Shown here in pieces: positions 9,726-22,280 of a DNA stretch of 36,784 nt; within the stretch, counting starts at the first letter, position 1, and each line of letters begins with the position of its first letter. The position numbers and the translations under genes are program-made. The notes beneath the pieces were generated by a model, which was not told where the DNA came from, did no database searches, and saw only the letters and a list, made by a program, of their open reading frames with translations. This DNA comes from Octopus bimaculoides (Eukaryota): the NCBI RefSeq assembly GCF_001194135.2, contig NC_068989.1, forward strand, positions 91,543,933 through 91,580,716, in the 5' to 3' direction.

Positions 9726-10220
9726 ATGCACAAATATTTATATGTGTATGAGTATATAAGCGTATGAGTGGTCGTGTGATGTGTGCGCTCATATATGTAG
9801 AGTGCAAGAAAGTGAAAGAGTGCGCAGGAGGGAGAGGTTGAGTGGAAGTCAGACAGAAATCCAATATCCGCGTCTTTCATTTACTACAATACACAGGGAG
9901 CAAGCGGCAGGAATTATTAATGTCCTCAGTTCTTAAATAATTGGATACCATTGTAAGTGTGGCGGCGATTCCGGGCATATTTAACTCTTGGACATTTCTG
10001 CTTTTCCATTAAAACTTGAAAATCTTCGCTTGAATTCTCACCGGGCCAGAAAACGAAAGAAACTTGCATCAACGGCGTGAACACTTATCATTGTTGAAGA
10101 CGCGTAATGTCAAGATAAAGAAGCGATGAAAGAAAAGGTCAGCTCAGTGCAATTTCAATAAACGACATCTTAGATAATATTGTTATTTAACCCAAGTAAT
10201 TATTGTTTGGCAATGATGGC

Positions 10221-10413
10221 CGTTGTTGTTGTTGTTGTTGTTGTTGCTGATGATGTGAAAGTTGTTGATGATAGAGTCGGTAAGTGTAGTGTGATGTGAG
10301 TTCGTGTGTTGAGTTTTGTGGTTTGGGTGTTTTTGCGTCCTTAGTGGCGCTGATTTTAATAATAAGTAGCAGCTCAATTTTAGATAAGAAAATTTGGAGG
10401 AGACGCTTTCTTA

Positions 10414-10457
<44 letters not shown>

Positions 10458-10717
10458 GCTATGTTTATGTATTCTATATACACACATGCATACATACACA
10501 CATATACACACTCACATGTCTATTTAGGCGCATGCATATGCGCGCGTGTGTGTCTATGCGCGTCTGGAAAATAGAAAGAATTTTTTTTTAATTACGTAAA
10601 GAAATAAAAAGTGGTGTTTGATGATAAAGATGAAAGAAATATTTGCGAGAGAATAAGATAAAAGATAGAATGAGAGTGAAGGAGAGAAGATGAGAGAGTG
10701 AGAGATAGATAGATAGA

Positions 10718-10754
<37 letters not shown>

Positions 10755-10868
10755 GAAAAATGTGAAGAAAACAGAAAGCCTAAGTGTGATTAACTGGATG
10801 TGTGTGTGTGAGAGAGAGAGAGAGAAAAGAGAAAGTGATAGAGAAGAACAAGAAGAAGAAGAAGAAGA

Positions 10869-10918
<50 letters not shown>

Positions 10919-11017
10919 NNNNNNNNNNNNNNNNNNNNNNNNNNNNNNNNNNNNNNNNNNNNNNNNNNNNNNNNNNNNNNNNNNNNNNNNNNNNNNNNNN
11001 NNNNNNNNNNNNNNNNN

Positions 11018-11071
<54 letters not shown>

Positions 11072-11270
11072 GGAGTGAGCGAGAGAGAGAGAGAGAGAAA
11101 GCGATGAGATACACGAGAAACAAAAAAAAAGCAGTAAAAGGTTGTGAAAGCGCATGGGGGAACATGTTAGAGTAAGAAACTGGAAGAACAACGAATAAAT
11201 GGTGTCATAATTATGAATGAGTGAGTGAGTGAGTGAGTGAGTGAGTGAGTGAGTGAGTCAGTCAGTCAGT
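10221..11270. repeat. (GTT)n, (AT)n, (GA)n, (GAA)n, (GAGT)n microsatellite cluster
   Basis: (GTT)n at about 10221-10246, (GAA)n at about 10850-10873, (GA)n across the gap at 10874-11070, and (GAGT)n at about 11217-11257. Confidence 0.95.
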
Positions 11271-11617
11271 GAACGAGGGAGCGATTGAAACAGGTTTATA
11301 AAGGCCGCAACAATGATAAAAACAACGGATAAAACATAGTTCCCTAACGAGGTTGAATAAGACAGAAACAATTCCACCGTCTTTTCTTTTTCTCTGTTCC
11401 TGAAGATCGGATCCCTATCTCATTGTAATCTGCGTTTAATTAATATTAATTAAAATGAATTAAAATCTTCGGATTATTCTCATTACTAAGGAGGTCGTTA
11501 TAATGATTTAAAATTTCTTTTTCTGCAATTTTAAATGCAATATGCCAGCATCGCTTTGCTAAGATGTCGTTATGCAGCGGGCAGACCAGAGTGTATATTC
11601 CCTATTTTTCAACTGAT

Positions 11618-11780
11618 TTTTGTCCCACCACCATAACTTGACAACGGATGCTGGTTTATTTACGTCCCCGTCAACTAGCGGTCCGGCAACGAGAGACCGA
11701 TATTCGATTTATTCGACTAAAGATAGTGCTCCAGCATGGCCGCAGTCAAATAATTGAAACATACAAAAGAATAAAAGAAT
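11618..11780 (+). mobile_element. SINE family A, 3' half with internal deletion
   Basis: TTGACAACGGATGCTGGTTTATTTACGTCCCCG...TTCGACTAAAGATAGTGCTCCAGCATGGCCGCAGTCAAAT...AAAAGAATAAAAGAAT. Confidence 0.85.
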
Positions 11781-11976
11781 GTTTATACATACATGTATAT
11801 ATATATATATAAGTCTATGTGTTTGTGAGAATGTACAAGTATGTAAAGTTGTCCCTCTTACGTGATGTAAAAGTGAGTGTGACAACATCAGTCTATGTGC
11901 ATGTATATATGTATATGTGTGTGTGCGCGTGTGTGCGTGTCTGCACATATATTCGCATAATCACCTATATAATATG

Positions 11977-12009
<33 letters not shown>

Positions 12010-12486
12010 GTGTGTATATATATATATATANNNNNNNNNNNNNNNNNNNNNNNNNNNNNNNNNNNNNNNNNNNNNNNNNNNNNNNNNNNNNNNNNNNNNN
12101 NNNNNNNNNNNNNNNNNNNNNNNNNNNNNNNNNNNNNNNNNNNNNNNNNNNNNNNNNNNNNNNNNNNNNNNNNNNNNNNNNNNNNNNNNNNNNNNNNNNN
12201 NNNNNNNNNNNNNNNNNNNNNNNNNNNNNNNNNNNNNNNNNNNNNNNNNNNNNNNNNNNNNNNNNNNNNNNNNNNNNNNNNNNNNNNNNNNNNNNNNNNN
12301 NNNNNNNNNNNNNNNNNNNNNNNNNNNNNNNNNNNNNNNNNNNNNNNNNNNNNNNNNNNNNNNNNNNNNNNNNNNNNNNNNNNNNNNNNNNNNNNNNNNN
12401 NNNNNNNNNNNNNNNNNNNNNNNNNNNNNNNNNNNNNNNNNNNNNNNNNNNNNNNNNNNNNNNNNNNNNNNNNNNNNNNNNNNNNN

Positions 12487-12519
<33 letters not shown>

Positions 12520-12898
12520 TATATATGTATACGATTGAGCACCAGAAAATATATCAAAATATAAATGATATGTGAATGAGGAAGGTAGTCTGCCCCAGTA
12601 TGGGCGTGAGTTTGGTGCATAGAGACAAAGCATATATAGCGAAATAAGGTTGACGTTTGTAGACAATATGGTTGCACGCGTATAAACGTGTAAGTAATTA
12701 TGTATATATATATATATGTGCATATATGATGTGTATATGTTCCTGTGATATAAATGTATGATGTAAATTTATAAGGTATATATGTTTCTATAATGTCTAT
12801 TTGTTGACCTCTTTATATGCAGTTATATACTATGTATGTATGTATGTATGTATGTATGTATGTATGTATATATGTATTATGTATATATGTATGTATTC

Positions 12899-13045
12899 AA
12901 GGAGCTTGCTTCGCAACCACATGGTTCCTGGTTCAGTCCCACAACATGGCACATTGGGCAACTGCCTTCTACTATAGCCTCGGATTAACCAAAGCCTTGT
13001 GAGTGGATTTGGTAGTGGGAAACTAAAAGAAGCCCGTCGTGTGTC
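12899..13045 (+). mobile_element. SINE family A, 5' half running into (AT)n and a gap
   Basis: GCTTGCTTCGCAACCACATGGTTCCTGGTTCAGTCCCAC...CTACTATAGCCTCGG...GCCTTGTGAGTGGATTTGGTAG...AAGAAGCCCGTCG. Confidence 0.85.
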
Positions 13046-13674
13046 TGTGTGTATATATGTATATATATATATATATATCTTTATATATATANNNNNNNNN
13101 NNNNNNNNNNNNNNNNNNNNNNNNNNNNNNNNNNNNNNNNNNNNNNNNNNNNNNNNNNNNNNNNNNNNNNNNNNNNNNNNNNNNNNNNNNNNNNNNNNNN
13201 NNNNNNNNNNNNNNNNNNNNNNNNNNNNNNNNNNNNNNNNNNNNNNNNNNNNNNNNNNNNNNNNNNNNNNNNNNNNNNNNNNNNNNNNNNNNNNNNNNNN
13301 NNNNNNNNNNNNNNNNNNNNNNNNNNNNNNNNNNNNNNNNNNNNNNNNNNNNNNNNNNNNNNNNNNNNNNNNNNNNNNNNNNNNNNNNNNNNNNNNNNNN
13401 NNNNNNNNNNNNNNNNNNNNNNNNNNNNNNNNNNNNNNNNNNNNNNNNNNNNNNNNNNNNNNNNNNNNNNNNNNNNNNNNNNNNNNNNNNNNNNNNNNNN
13501 NNNNNNNNNNNNNNNNNNNNNNNNNNNNNNNNNNNNNNNNNNNNNNNNNNNNNNNNNNNNNNNNNNNNNNNNNNNNNNNNNNNNNNNNNNNNNNNNNNNN
13601 NNNNNNNNNNNNNNNNNNNNNNNNNNNNNNNNNNNNNNNNNNNNNNNNNNNNNNNNNNNNNNNNNNNNNNNNNT

Positions 13675-13770
13675 ATATATGTATGTATGTATGGATGTAT
13701 GTATGTTAATGTATTTATGCATTTATGACATATCTATGTAACCGTGTGCATGCATGCATTTGTATGTGAT

Positions 13771-13809
<39 letters not shown>

Positions 13810-14478
13810 ATGTGTGTGCGTGTGTTAGTGTGTGTACAGTTACGTGACATGTTTCTTTTTGTAAATTCGTATATGTGTTTCTGGGATGTTTGCGTGTATA
13901 CCTGTGTGCGTGCGTGTGTGTGTGTGTGTATGCGCATGCGTGTGCTCGTGAATGGCTGTGATGTAGATGTACATGTAGGAATGGGTACACGTGTCGAGAA
14001 GTTAATGGAAATGATACATAAGTAAAGACGGGAGAGAGAGGGAGAATGTGTGAGTGTATGTGTTAGAGAGAACGACTGAAGGTGTCGAAGATAGAGACAG
14101 GAATAAGGAGTAAATGACGTCATATGATGCGGGGGGGAGAGGGAAGAGGCAAAAGGTTTGGGGGAGGGGAAGAGAGGAGACGAGATAGAGAAAGAATGAG
14201 ATGCAAAGGGACAGAGATAGCAACAGAAATACATTAGTATACACACGCACACACGCACACATACACACAAATCTATCTGTCTGTCTGTATGGCTGTCTGT
14301 CTGTCTGTATGGCTGTCTGTCTGTCTATCCATCTGTCTGTCTATCTGTTTGTCTATCTATCTATCTGTCTGTTTGTCTGTCTGTCTGCCTATCTATCCAT
14401 ATGTCAGTCTCTCTGTCTGTCTATGTATGTATGTATGTATGTATGTGTCTGTCTGTCTGTCTGTATGTCTGTCTATCA

Positions 14479-14513
<35 letters not shown>

Positions 14514-14669
14514 AGTCTATCTATCTCACTGTTGTCTATCTATCAATCTATTTATCTATCTATCCATCTATATGTGTCTATCAATCTGTCTGTCTGTGTG
14601 TCTGTCTATCTATCTACCTGTCTATCTAGAAGGTATAATACAGAGAAGTGGATTATAAAGCAGAGAGTG

Positions 14670-14746
<77 letters not shown>

Positions 14747-15092
14747 NNNNNNNNNNNNNNNNNNNNNNNNNNNNNNNNNNNNNNNNNNNNNNNNNNNNNN
14801 NNNNNNNNNNNNNNNNNNNNNNNNNNNNNNNNNNNNNNNNNNNNNNNNNNNNNNNNNNNNNNNNNNNNNNNNNNNNNNNNNNNNNNNNNNNNNNNNNNNN
14901 NNNNNNNNNNNNNNNNNNNNNNNNNNNNNNNNNNNNNNNNNNNNNNNNNNNNNNNNNNNNNNNNNNNNNNNNNNNNNNNNNNNNNNNNNNNNNNNNNNNN
15001 NNNNNNNNNNNNNNNNNNNNNNNNNNNNNNNNNNNNNNNNNNNNNNNNNNNNNNNNNNNNNNNNNNNNNNNNNNNNNNNNNNNNNNNNNNNN

Positions 15093-15130
<38 letters not shown>

Positions 15131-15480
15131 CCACACACACACACATGTTCATATATCTATTTATTTATTTACAGGCTTATATACACACACACCTATACTT
15201 TATATTTATAATTCTATATATGCAAGCGAATAAATAAATGGAATATAAGACACGTAACACACACACGATTATGCACACACACACCCTGATGCCCCCACGC
15301 GCACACACGCGTGTGCACATACAAGCACACACATATACATATATAAAAACATATATATACTCACACACATATATATTCATACAAACACACATATACACAC
15401 ATATATATATGTATGCCTAGATAGATATAGATATATATACACACACACATATATGTATATATTCGTACATACACACATAT
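13675..15480. repeat. Long compound tract of (TATG)n, (GT)n, (TCTG)n/(TATC)n, (GA)n, (AT)/(CA)n
   Basis: Directly visible. (TCTG)/(TATC) mosaic at about 14271-14628 and (GA)n at 14674-14746. Confidence 0.9.
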
Positions 15481-15788
15481 GTATACACACACAAACTCAA
15501 ACGCCCATATAAAAATCTCTACCTATCTATTCTATATTTTACACACGCAAGCCAACGTAGAGGTAGGCATGTATACATATATCTTCATTCCCGTACATCA
15601 TACATTATTACAGACGAACAGGTCAATAACAACACTATTATGAAGACAGCTACAACTACTTTAGCACACTCTCTTGTTAAAAGCAATATTATCACTCACA
15701 TTAACGCTGAATTAAACATACAACCAACATTATCAACACCATAATAATTAATTACTCCTGCTATATTATCTCTAGCACCTGCACTGCT

Positions 15789-15819
<31 letters not shown>

Positions 15820-16775
15820 NNNNNNNNNNNNNNNNNNNNNNNNNNNNNNNNNNNNNNNNNNNNNNNNNNNNNNNNNNNNNNNNNNNNNNNNNNNNNNNNN
15901 NNNNNNNNNNNNNNNNNNNNNNNNNNNNNNNNNNNNNNNNNNNNNNNNNNNNNNNNNNNNNNNNNNNNNNNNNNNNNNNNNNNNNNNNNNNNNNNNNNNN
16001 NNNNNNNNNNNNNNNNNNNNNNNNNNNNNNNNNNNNNNNNNNNNNNNNNNNNNNNNNNNNNNNNNNNNNNNNNNNNNNNNNNNNNNNNNNNNNNNNNNNN
16101 NNNNNNNNNNNNNNNNNNNNNNNNNNNNNNNNNNNNNNNNNNNNNNNNNNNNNNNNNNNNNNNNNNNNNNNNNNNNNNNNNNNNNNNNNNNNNNNNNNNN
16201 NNNNNNNNNNNNNNNNNNNNNNNNNNNNNNNNNNNNNNNNNNNNNNNNNNNNNNNNNNNNNNNNNNNNNNNNNNNNNNNNNNNNNNNNNNNNNNNNNNNN
16301 NNNNNNNNNNNNNNNNNNNNNNNNNNNNNNNNNNNNNNNNNNNNNNNNNNNNNNNNNNNNNNNNNNNNNNNNNNNNNNNNNNNNNNNNNNNNNNNNNNNN
16401 NNNNNNNNNNNNNNNNNNNNNNNNNNNNNNNNNNNNNNNNNNNNNNNNNNNNNNNNNNNNNNNNNNNNNNNNNNNNNNNNNNNNNNNNNNNNNNNNNNNN
16501 NNNNNNNNNNNNNNNNNNNNNNNNNNNNNNNNNNNNNNNNNNNNNNNNNNNNNNNNNNNNNNNNNNNNNNNNNNNNNNNNNNNNNNNNNNNNNNNNNNNN
16601 NNNNNNNNNNNNNNNNNNNNNNNNNNNNNNNNNNNNNNNNTATATATATATATATATATATATATTTATGTGTGTTTATATATGTATGCATAGATACAGA
16701 GAAAGAGAGAGAGAAAGAATAAGGAGAAAATGGAAAGGTGATTAATTAAATTATTTAGTAATTATAAAATATGAC

Positions 16776-16860
16776 ATCTCTGACAGCTGTTTCGATTCAG
16801 AATCTTTAGATGATTAATTTATAAAATTAAAATCATTATAAGATGAATCTCTTCAGAGAT
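16776..16860 (-). ncRNA. Type I hammerhead ribozyme motif with extended helix II
   Basis: The minus strand reads ATCT-CTGAAGA-GATTCA...(internal hairpin ATGATTTTAATTT/AAATTAATCAT)...TGAATC-GAAA-CAGCTG-TC-AGAGAT. It has a canonical core, a GUC triplet and palindromic helix III ACAGCTGT. Helix I is only 3 bp (TCT/AGA). Confidence 0.6.
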
Positions 16861-16985
16861 TATAAGTATATACCGATTAGAAATATATGTTGAGATATCG
16901 GGTATGAAGTGATTCATCTTATAATGATATTAATTTCAGAAATTAATTATGTAAAGATTGCTGCATCGAAACAGCTGTCAGAGAT
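16776..16985. mobile_element. HH2: fold-back element (about 80-bp imperfect inverted arms) containing a hammerhead motif
   Basis: 16776-16855 (ATCTCTGACAGCTGTTTCGATTCAGAATCTTTAGATGATTAATTT...GAATCTCTTCA) is the reverse complement of 16905-16985 with a few mismatches. The spacer is 49 bp. Confidence 0.75.
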
Positions 16986-17079
16986 CTAATCATCTATATC
17001 TATAAAACACAAAATGTCTGTGTGTATGTGTGTGCTCTTATGCGTTTCCACATTTTTCATCGGATTTTAATGAATTTTT

Positions 17080-17860
17080 TTTATTAAATGGCAAATTTAC
17101 CCAGGCAGGTCACTGCTGCTTTACTGATGCTTACAGATACCCCATCTAGAAGAAACATCGATAAAACTGAAGGGACCTTCCATTTTTCGCCAAATAAAAA
17201 AAAGGCAAAATTTGCACGAGAGAAAAGTGACAGGAATGTCGATTTTTATAATTTTGGTGTCAAAAGGACCTTTATGTTACGACGCTTGAGACAAATATTT
17301 TTGCACTGCCTTGAAGCCACTGATTCCCAAAGCTTTGAAAAGAAATCGATTTTTCGCGTTTTTGCAAAAGTTACTCGGTAGAAAACTTTTTACTGGAAAT
17401 TCCGATTTCCTTGGTTTTTACGGCTAAACAACCACCATGTAGCGGCGGTTCTATCAAGTATCTGTTTTATGTCCAAAGGCATCCCCGTGGGACCAAAAAC
17501 CGCGGAAAATTGAAAAAATCGATTTTTATACACTCATTTCCTGTTTAATTCTTCAAAAACCTCTCACTGCTTCGGTGGATTGCGTTCAAACTTTACACAC
17601 TATTTACTCATCCTAAATATAACGATAGGAGACTCAGATTTGCACAGAATTCATCCGCGTATGACCAACTGAGTAGAAAATCGTTTTTTTTTTTTGCTCT
17701 TAAATCCCTTATTTTTGACAACTTATCCGATGATTTCTCTAAGCACTTTCTCACCATTGGTGATGACACAGCTGGAGAGATGGCTGTCTCACACGCAGGC
17801 ACACCTGTGGACATTCCGGACGGCCTTACGACAGCTGTTTTTTTTTCCGATCTGCACATA
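17080..17860. mobile_element. Possible non-autonomous DNA transposon remnant
   Basis: Microsatellite-free block with repeated AAAATCGATTTTT palindromic motifs and an imperfect inverted pair at about 17342-17366 and 17493-17528. Termini and TSD were not identified. Confidence 0.3.
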
Positions 17861-17980
17861 AAATAAACAAAACCTGAATTGGCTGTGCGAAAGTACTATA
17901 TTAGCTCCCAAATACACATTTGTTGCAAAACTCAATGAAGACATACTGCGAAGCCTTCCTGAATGCCTTCACACCTACAA

Positions 17981-18436
17981 GTCGAAGATTTTGCTCGTTT
18001 GAGCAAAATCAGATCATATCTTCTGCTGGATTTTTCAGTTTTTTTAAAAACTTAGATCTGATGTAGTGATTTTCTGTTGCTGTTTCGGACAAATAGACAT
18101 TTTCTCATCATATAAAACTTATATCTGATGTGAATAAGATTTCTGACTCTTCCTTCTGGCACATGGAGAACTATTGCAATTGGCCCCATGGATTTCTAGT
18201 TTTGTAATCAATGGTCTGTTGAATTTGCTGGACAAATTAAGGTGTTCTTATGACTTCGGAGCGTTTAGAATACATTTTCTGCTTTGATATTAGTAATACG
18301 TTTCCATCTTCAGTCTCTCACTCCTTACAAACTTTGTAGACAGAGGTCCAGATATTTCTAAATCGATATGATCAGCATTTATAACCCCAATAACAGCATG
18401 CCTCTTCATTTCTTGAATGAACTGAGGGGCTGCCAT
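17981..18436 (-). pseudogene. Tc1/mariner-superfamily transposase remnant (maT/DD37D-like), N-terminal half
   Basis: Manual minus-strand translation across frameshifts and stops gives MAAPQFIQEMKRHAVIGVINADHIDLEIS... KQKMYSKRSEVIRTP*FVQQIQQTID... LSETATENHYIRSKFLKKLKNPAEDMI*FCSNEQNL. The last segment corresponds to the WFFSDEKNF first-D motif, and RTPEFV is typical of maT-type linkers. Confidence 0.7.
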
Positions 18437-18831
18437 TATTATTATTTTCTAAAACAAAGATTATACAGAGTTAGCAAAATATGCTGCAATGGTCCAAGAC
18501 AGGTATGTCCTCAAATATATATATATATATATATANNNNNNNNNNNNNNNNNNNNNNNNNNNNNNNNNNNNNNNNNNNNNNNNNNNNNNNNNNNNNNNNN
18601 NNNNNNNNNNNNNNNNNNNNNNNNNNNNNNNNNNNNNNNNNNNNNNNNNNNNNNNNNNNNNNNNNNNNNNNNNNNNNNNNNNNNNNNNNNNNNNNNNNNN
18701 NNNNNNNNNNNNNNNNNNNNNNNNNNNNNNNNNNNNNNNNNNNNNNNNNNNNNNNNNNNNNNNNNNNNNNNNNNNNNNNNNNNNNNNNNNNNNNNNNNNN
18801 NNNNNNNNNNNNNNNNNNNNNNNNNNNNNNN

Positions 18832-18867
<36 letters not shown>

Positions 18868-19479
18868 GCATATATATGCGTGTGTATGTGTGTGTGTGTG
18901 CATGCTAAGATAATGAGTTCACATTGCAATGATAATTACCGATGCACTTGTTATTGGGTGTTATTATCTCAGTGACAACCTAGGTAAGACAAGATCTCCA
19001 GATAAACAAATCAACCAGCTAACTCGCACATTACAAATACAATGTGTAAGTAAAGCAGTTAAGATATGCAAAACTTTTCGCAAGTTTCGAATGTAACATT
19101 GTTTTTTGTTGTCTACATTTCAATGACGGAGCTTTGTATATTCGTTGGAAAACAGCTCCTTACTTACGGGAAAACTTGAAATAATTAAAAATAAAAGAGA
19201 ACGTTAATGTGCTTGTATGTGTAAGAAACGGAGAGATCAGGGTCGTGTGTATGAGCATAAATGTGCATCTGCTTGCGTGACTGTGTGTGTGTGTGTGGGG
19301 NNNNNNNNNNGGGGGGGGGGGTGTTTTCTTTTGCTTTTCTATTTGCATTGTAAAGTACATCTATCTCCTTATTTTCTCGTTTGGAACTCTATGTCTGCTT
19401 CTACTTCGCGTTAATTGCTTCACCTCGCTTCAAATATAATTATTTAAGCACACAAACACACGTACAAGGAAAACTATGT

Positions 19480-19544
19480 CACACATGCATATATGTATGT
19501 GCATGGGCATGTGTATATGCATATACATATATATTCATATATAT

Positions 19545-19589
<45 letters not shown>

Positions 19590-19590
19590 C

Positions 19591-19646
<56 letters not shown>

Positions 19647-20134
19647 AATGTAAATATATATGTATATCTATATCTATCTATCTGTATATATANNNNNNNN
19701 NNNNNNNNNNNNNNNNNNNNNNNNNNNNNNNNNNNNNNNNNNNNNNNNNNNNNNNNNNNNNNNNNNNNNNNNNNNNNNNNNNNNNNNNNNNNNNNNNNNN
19801 NNNNNNNNNNNNNNNNNNNNNNNNNNNNNNNNNNNNNNNNNNNNNNNNNNNNNNNNNNNNNNNNNNNNNNNNNNNNNNNNNNNNNNNNNNNNNNNNNNNN
19901 NNNNNNNNNNNNNNNNNNNNNNNNNNNNNNNNNNNNNNNNNNNNNNNNNNNNNNNNNNNNNNNNNNNNNNNNNNNNNNNNNNNNNNNNNNNNNNNNNNNN
20001 NNNNNNNNNNNNNNNNNNNNNNNNNNNNNNNNNNNNNNNNNNNNNNNNNNNNNNNNNNNNNNNNNNNNNNNNNNNNNNNNNNNNNNNNNNNNNNNNNNNN
20101 NNNNNNNNNNNNNNNNNNNNNNNNNNNNNNNNNN

Positions 20135-20169
<35 letters not shown>

Positions 20170-20230
20170 TATACATATACGCATATATATGTATGTATAT
20201 ACATATGTGTATGCATATACACGCATACAT
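19480..20230. repeat. (CA)n/(AT)n/(GT)n tract spanning a gap
   Basis: Directly visible. Confidence 0.9.
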
Positions 20231-20505
20231 GTTGATGAAAAATTTCCATTTGCTAATTGGGATAGGTGAAAAAGAACTCATTTTAATTAAATTAATTGAC
20301 ATCAAATGCGAGTTAGAAAATTAGAAAAGCCCCAACTTCTTAACTAACCCAGTTGTATGAAGAAACAGATTTGAACAAAACGAATCTCTATCATTTATTG
20401 TCTTAGTACACTGTCTTACACTGGAAAGCTCTTTGTCTAATCCGAGAAAACTGACGGATTCAAATGAGCGTTTTGATTGTAGATAATTAGATCTTAATAG
20501 CTTAT

Positions 20506-20753
20506 ACATTATTTACATTATTTACATTTGACGGATATTTGTCCTCGTCTTGTCTGTTGTTAACGCAAAGTTTCGGCTGATATACTCTCCAGCTTTCACC
20601 AGGTGTCTTGGGGAAATTTCAAACCTGAAGAAGGACACCCAGCTGAAACGTGTTAACAACAAACAAGATGAGGACAAATATCCGTCAAATGTAAATAATG
20701 TAAATAATGTACATAAGATACATAATCTATCATCTCTCATATATAGAACTGTA
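20506..20753 (+). mobile_element. HH1 second copy: 5'-truncated, with inverted arm and 12-bp TSD
   Basis: TSD TTAATAGCTTAT at 20494-20505 and 20754-20765. The inverted arm at 20506-20624 includes a mutated hammerhead (CTGGTGA...GAAACTTT). The sense part at 20625-20753 reads CTGAAGAAGG...GAAACGTG...GATGAGGACAAATATCCGTCAAATGTAAATAATG...ATATAGAACTGTA. Confidence 0.85.
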
Positions 20754-21057
20754 TTAATAGCTTATGATAGAAATTAATAGTCTGAAGGGCAAATGCGTCT
20801 TGTACGTTTGACATGCGGTCTTCTCGAATTCATGGGTCAACGTGGTAACCAACGGTGTCATGAAAACGTTTGTTGTCTTGTTAATCCCCAAATAAAGTGT
20901 ATTTGCCTACCAATGCTGTGTTCAGCACTCATTCTTTCTCTTCGATATGACCTCATGTATATACATATACGAATTCACATGAAAAGTTTTGTAAACCAGA
21001 TACAAAATCGAGATATAGAGATACATACTTACATATATACATATATTTATATGTGTG

Positions 21058-21078
21058 CATATCTATCTATCTATCTAC

Positions 21079-21123
<45 letters not shown>

Positions 21124-21245
21124 CATCTATCTATATATCTGTCTGTCTGTCTGTCTGTCTATCTAACTATCTGCCTATCTACCTATCTATCTGTCTGTCT
21201 ATCTATCTATTTATCTGTTTGTGTGTTGTGTGTGTGTGTGTTTGC
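21058..21245. repeat. (TATC)n/(TCTG)n/(GT)n tract
   Basis: Directly visible. Confidence 0.95.
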
Positions 21246-21559
21246 ATGTGTATTTGTGTGTTCGTATGTATGTATTAATTTTTTTATTATAAACAACTCT
21301 AATAATATAAGGATTATCTATGTAACACGCTTACTCTATGTGTTTAGTTTATTCGCTCATACGCTGCAGAAGAGCGCCGTAGTTTTCATTATTAGCTCTG
21401 TATCTATTTCAAAATTTAAATACGTTATACTTCGTTGTGCATCGCTGCTGCACATCAGCAGGTTGACTTTACATCATTTGCATATATGCACCAGACAAGC
21501 GATTGGAGTTCGTTCCGAGGTGTTTCAGGTTCACGATGCAAAAACAAGGAAATATCGAC

Positions 21560-22280
21560 AGCCATCGTTCTCGATCACCGACGGCGTGAGCTGTTTCGCC
21601 TGATTTGAGATATCCAGTGTCTTTTAACATTCGACGTCTTAAAGACACCTTTCCCTCTAACGTATCTTCGCAGCTAATGAGTGCATAAATAAAGCATATA
21701 CAGTATGTGAGATCGATAATCTATGTATGCACCAACAAATATCTGGCTGTGTTTCTAACAAACACAGACTCTGATGATAGTGTTAATATCTCAAATTGCA
21801 GAGCAGGCCCTAGTGCTTTTTATTGCAAGTTGCGTCCTGGCTTTTATACAAACGCGGTCAAATCAACCAAAAAAGTAGCCATCTATAAACAATGAATGAG
21901 TTGGAGAAAGTAGAGGATCTCTCATATTTGGGCTCGTGGGTTGATACAAGCTTAGCAGATCAAGCTTAGAAGAACATTATTAAAATTCGTATTGTTGAAT
22001 GGTCTAACTATTTAGAACGTACACAACAATTCTGAAAGCAGCACTTCAAATGACAGTCAAAACAAACCAAGTTTTTATGAATATCTTCCGAGGGTTACTT
22101 CCACAACAAAGGAGAGAAGAATGTGTTACAAGCTGATGCGGGAAAGAACACACAGAAAACAACGTAGGGGTCGTTCTGCCAGGGCATATATTGACCAAGT
22201 GTCTACTGAAGAGCAATCAAGAACAATAATACAGGAGAGGGAATTCTGAAGGCAAGTGCTTGATGGTGTTCGCTTGTGGA
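21560..22280 (+). pseudogene. Highly decayed non-LTR retrotransposon (RTE-like) RT and C-terminal fragment
   Basis: Across frames: FSITDGV (F.I..GV motif), FLTNTDSDDSV (LTDLDFADD-like), NELEKVEDLSYLGSWV (thumb YLG), and RRGRSARAYIDQV...QEREF*RQV (RGRP..YIDQ and DR..WR-like C-terminus). Confidence 0.6.

Noticed and set aside
16763-17007. TATAAAA on both sides of HH2 as a TSD
   Set aside because: A 7-bp A/T-only match is expected by chance here and does not directly abut the arms.
17088-17859. ORFs 17088..17381 and 17608..17859 as genes
   Set aside because: They show no recognisable motifs, contain homopolymer-derived Lys runs, and lie in a probable transposon remnant.
17987-18010. Perfect 10-bp hairpin GATTTTGCTC-GTTT-GAGCAAAATC as a Helitron end or terminator
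   Set aside because: No CTRR terminus follows, and it falls inside the degenerate FSDEKNF codons of the transposase remnant, so it is probably coincidental.
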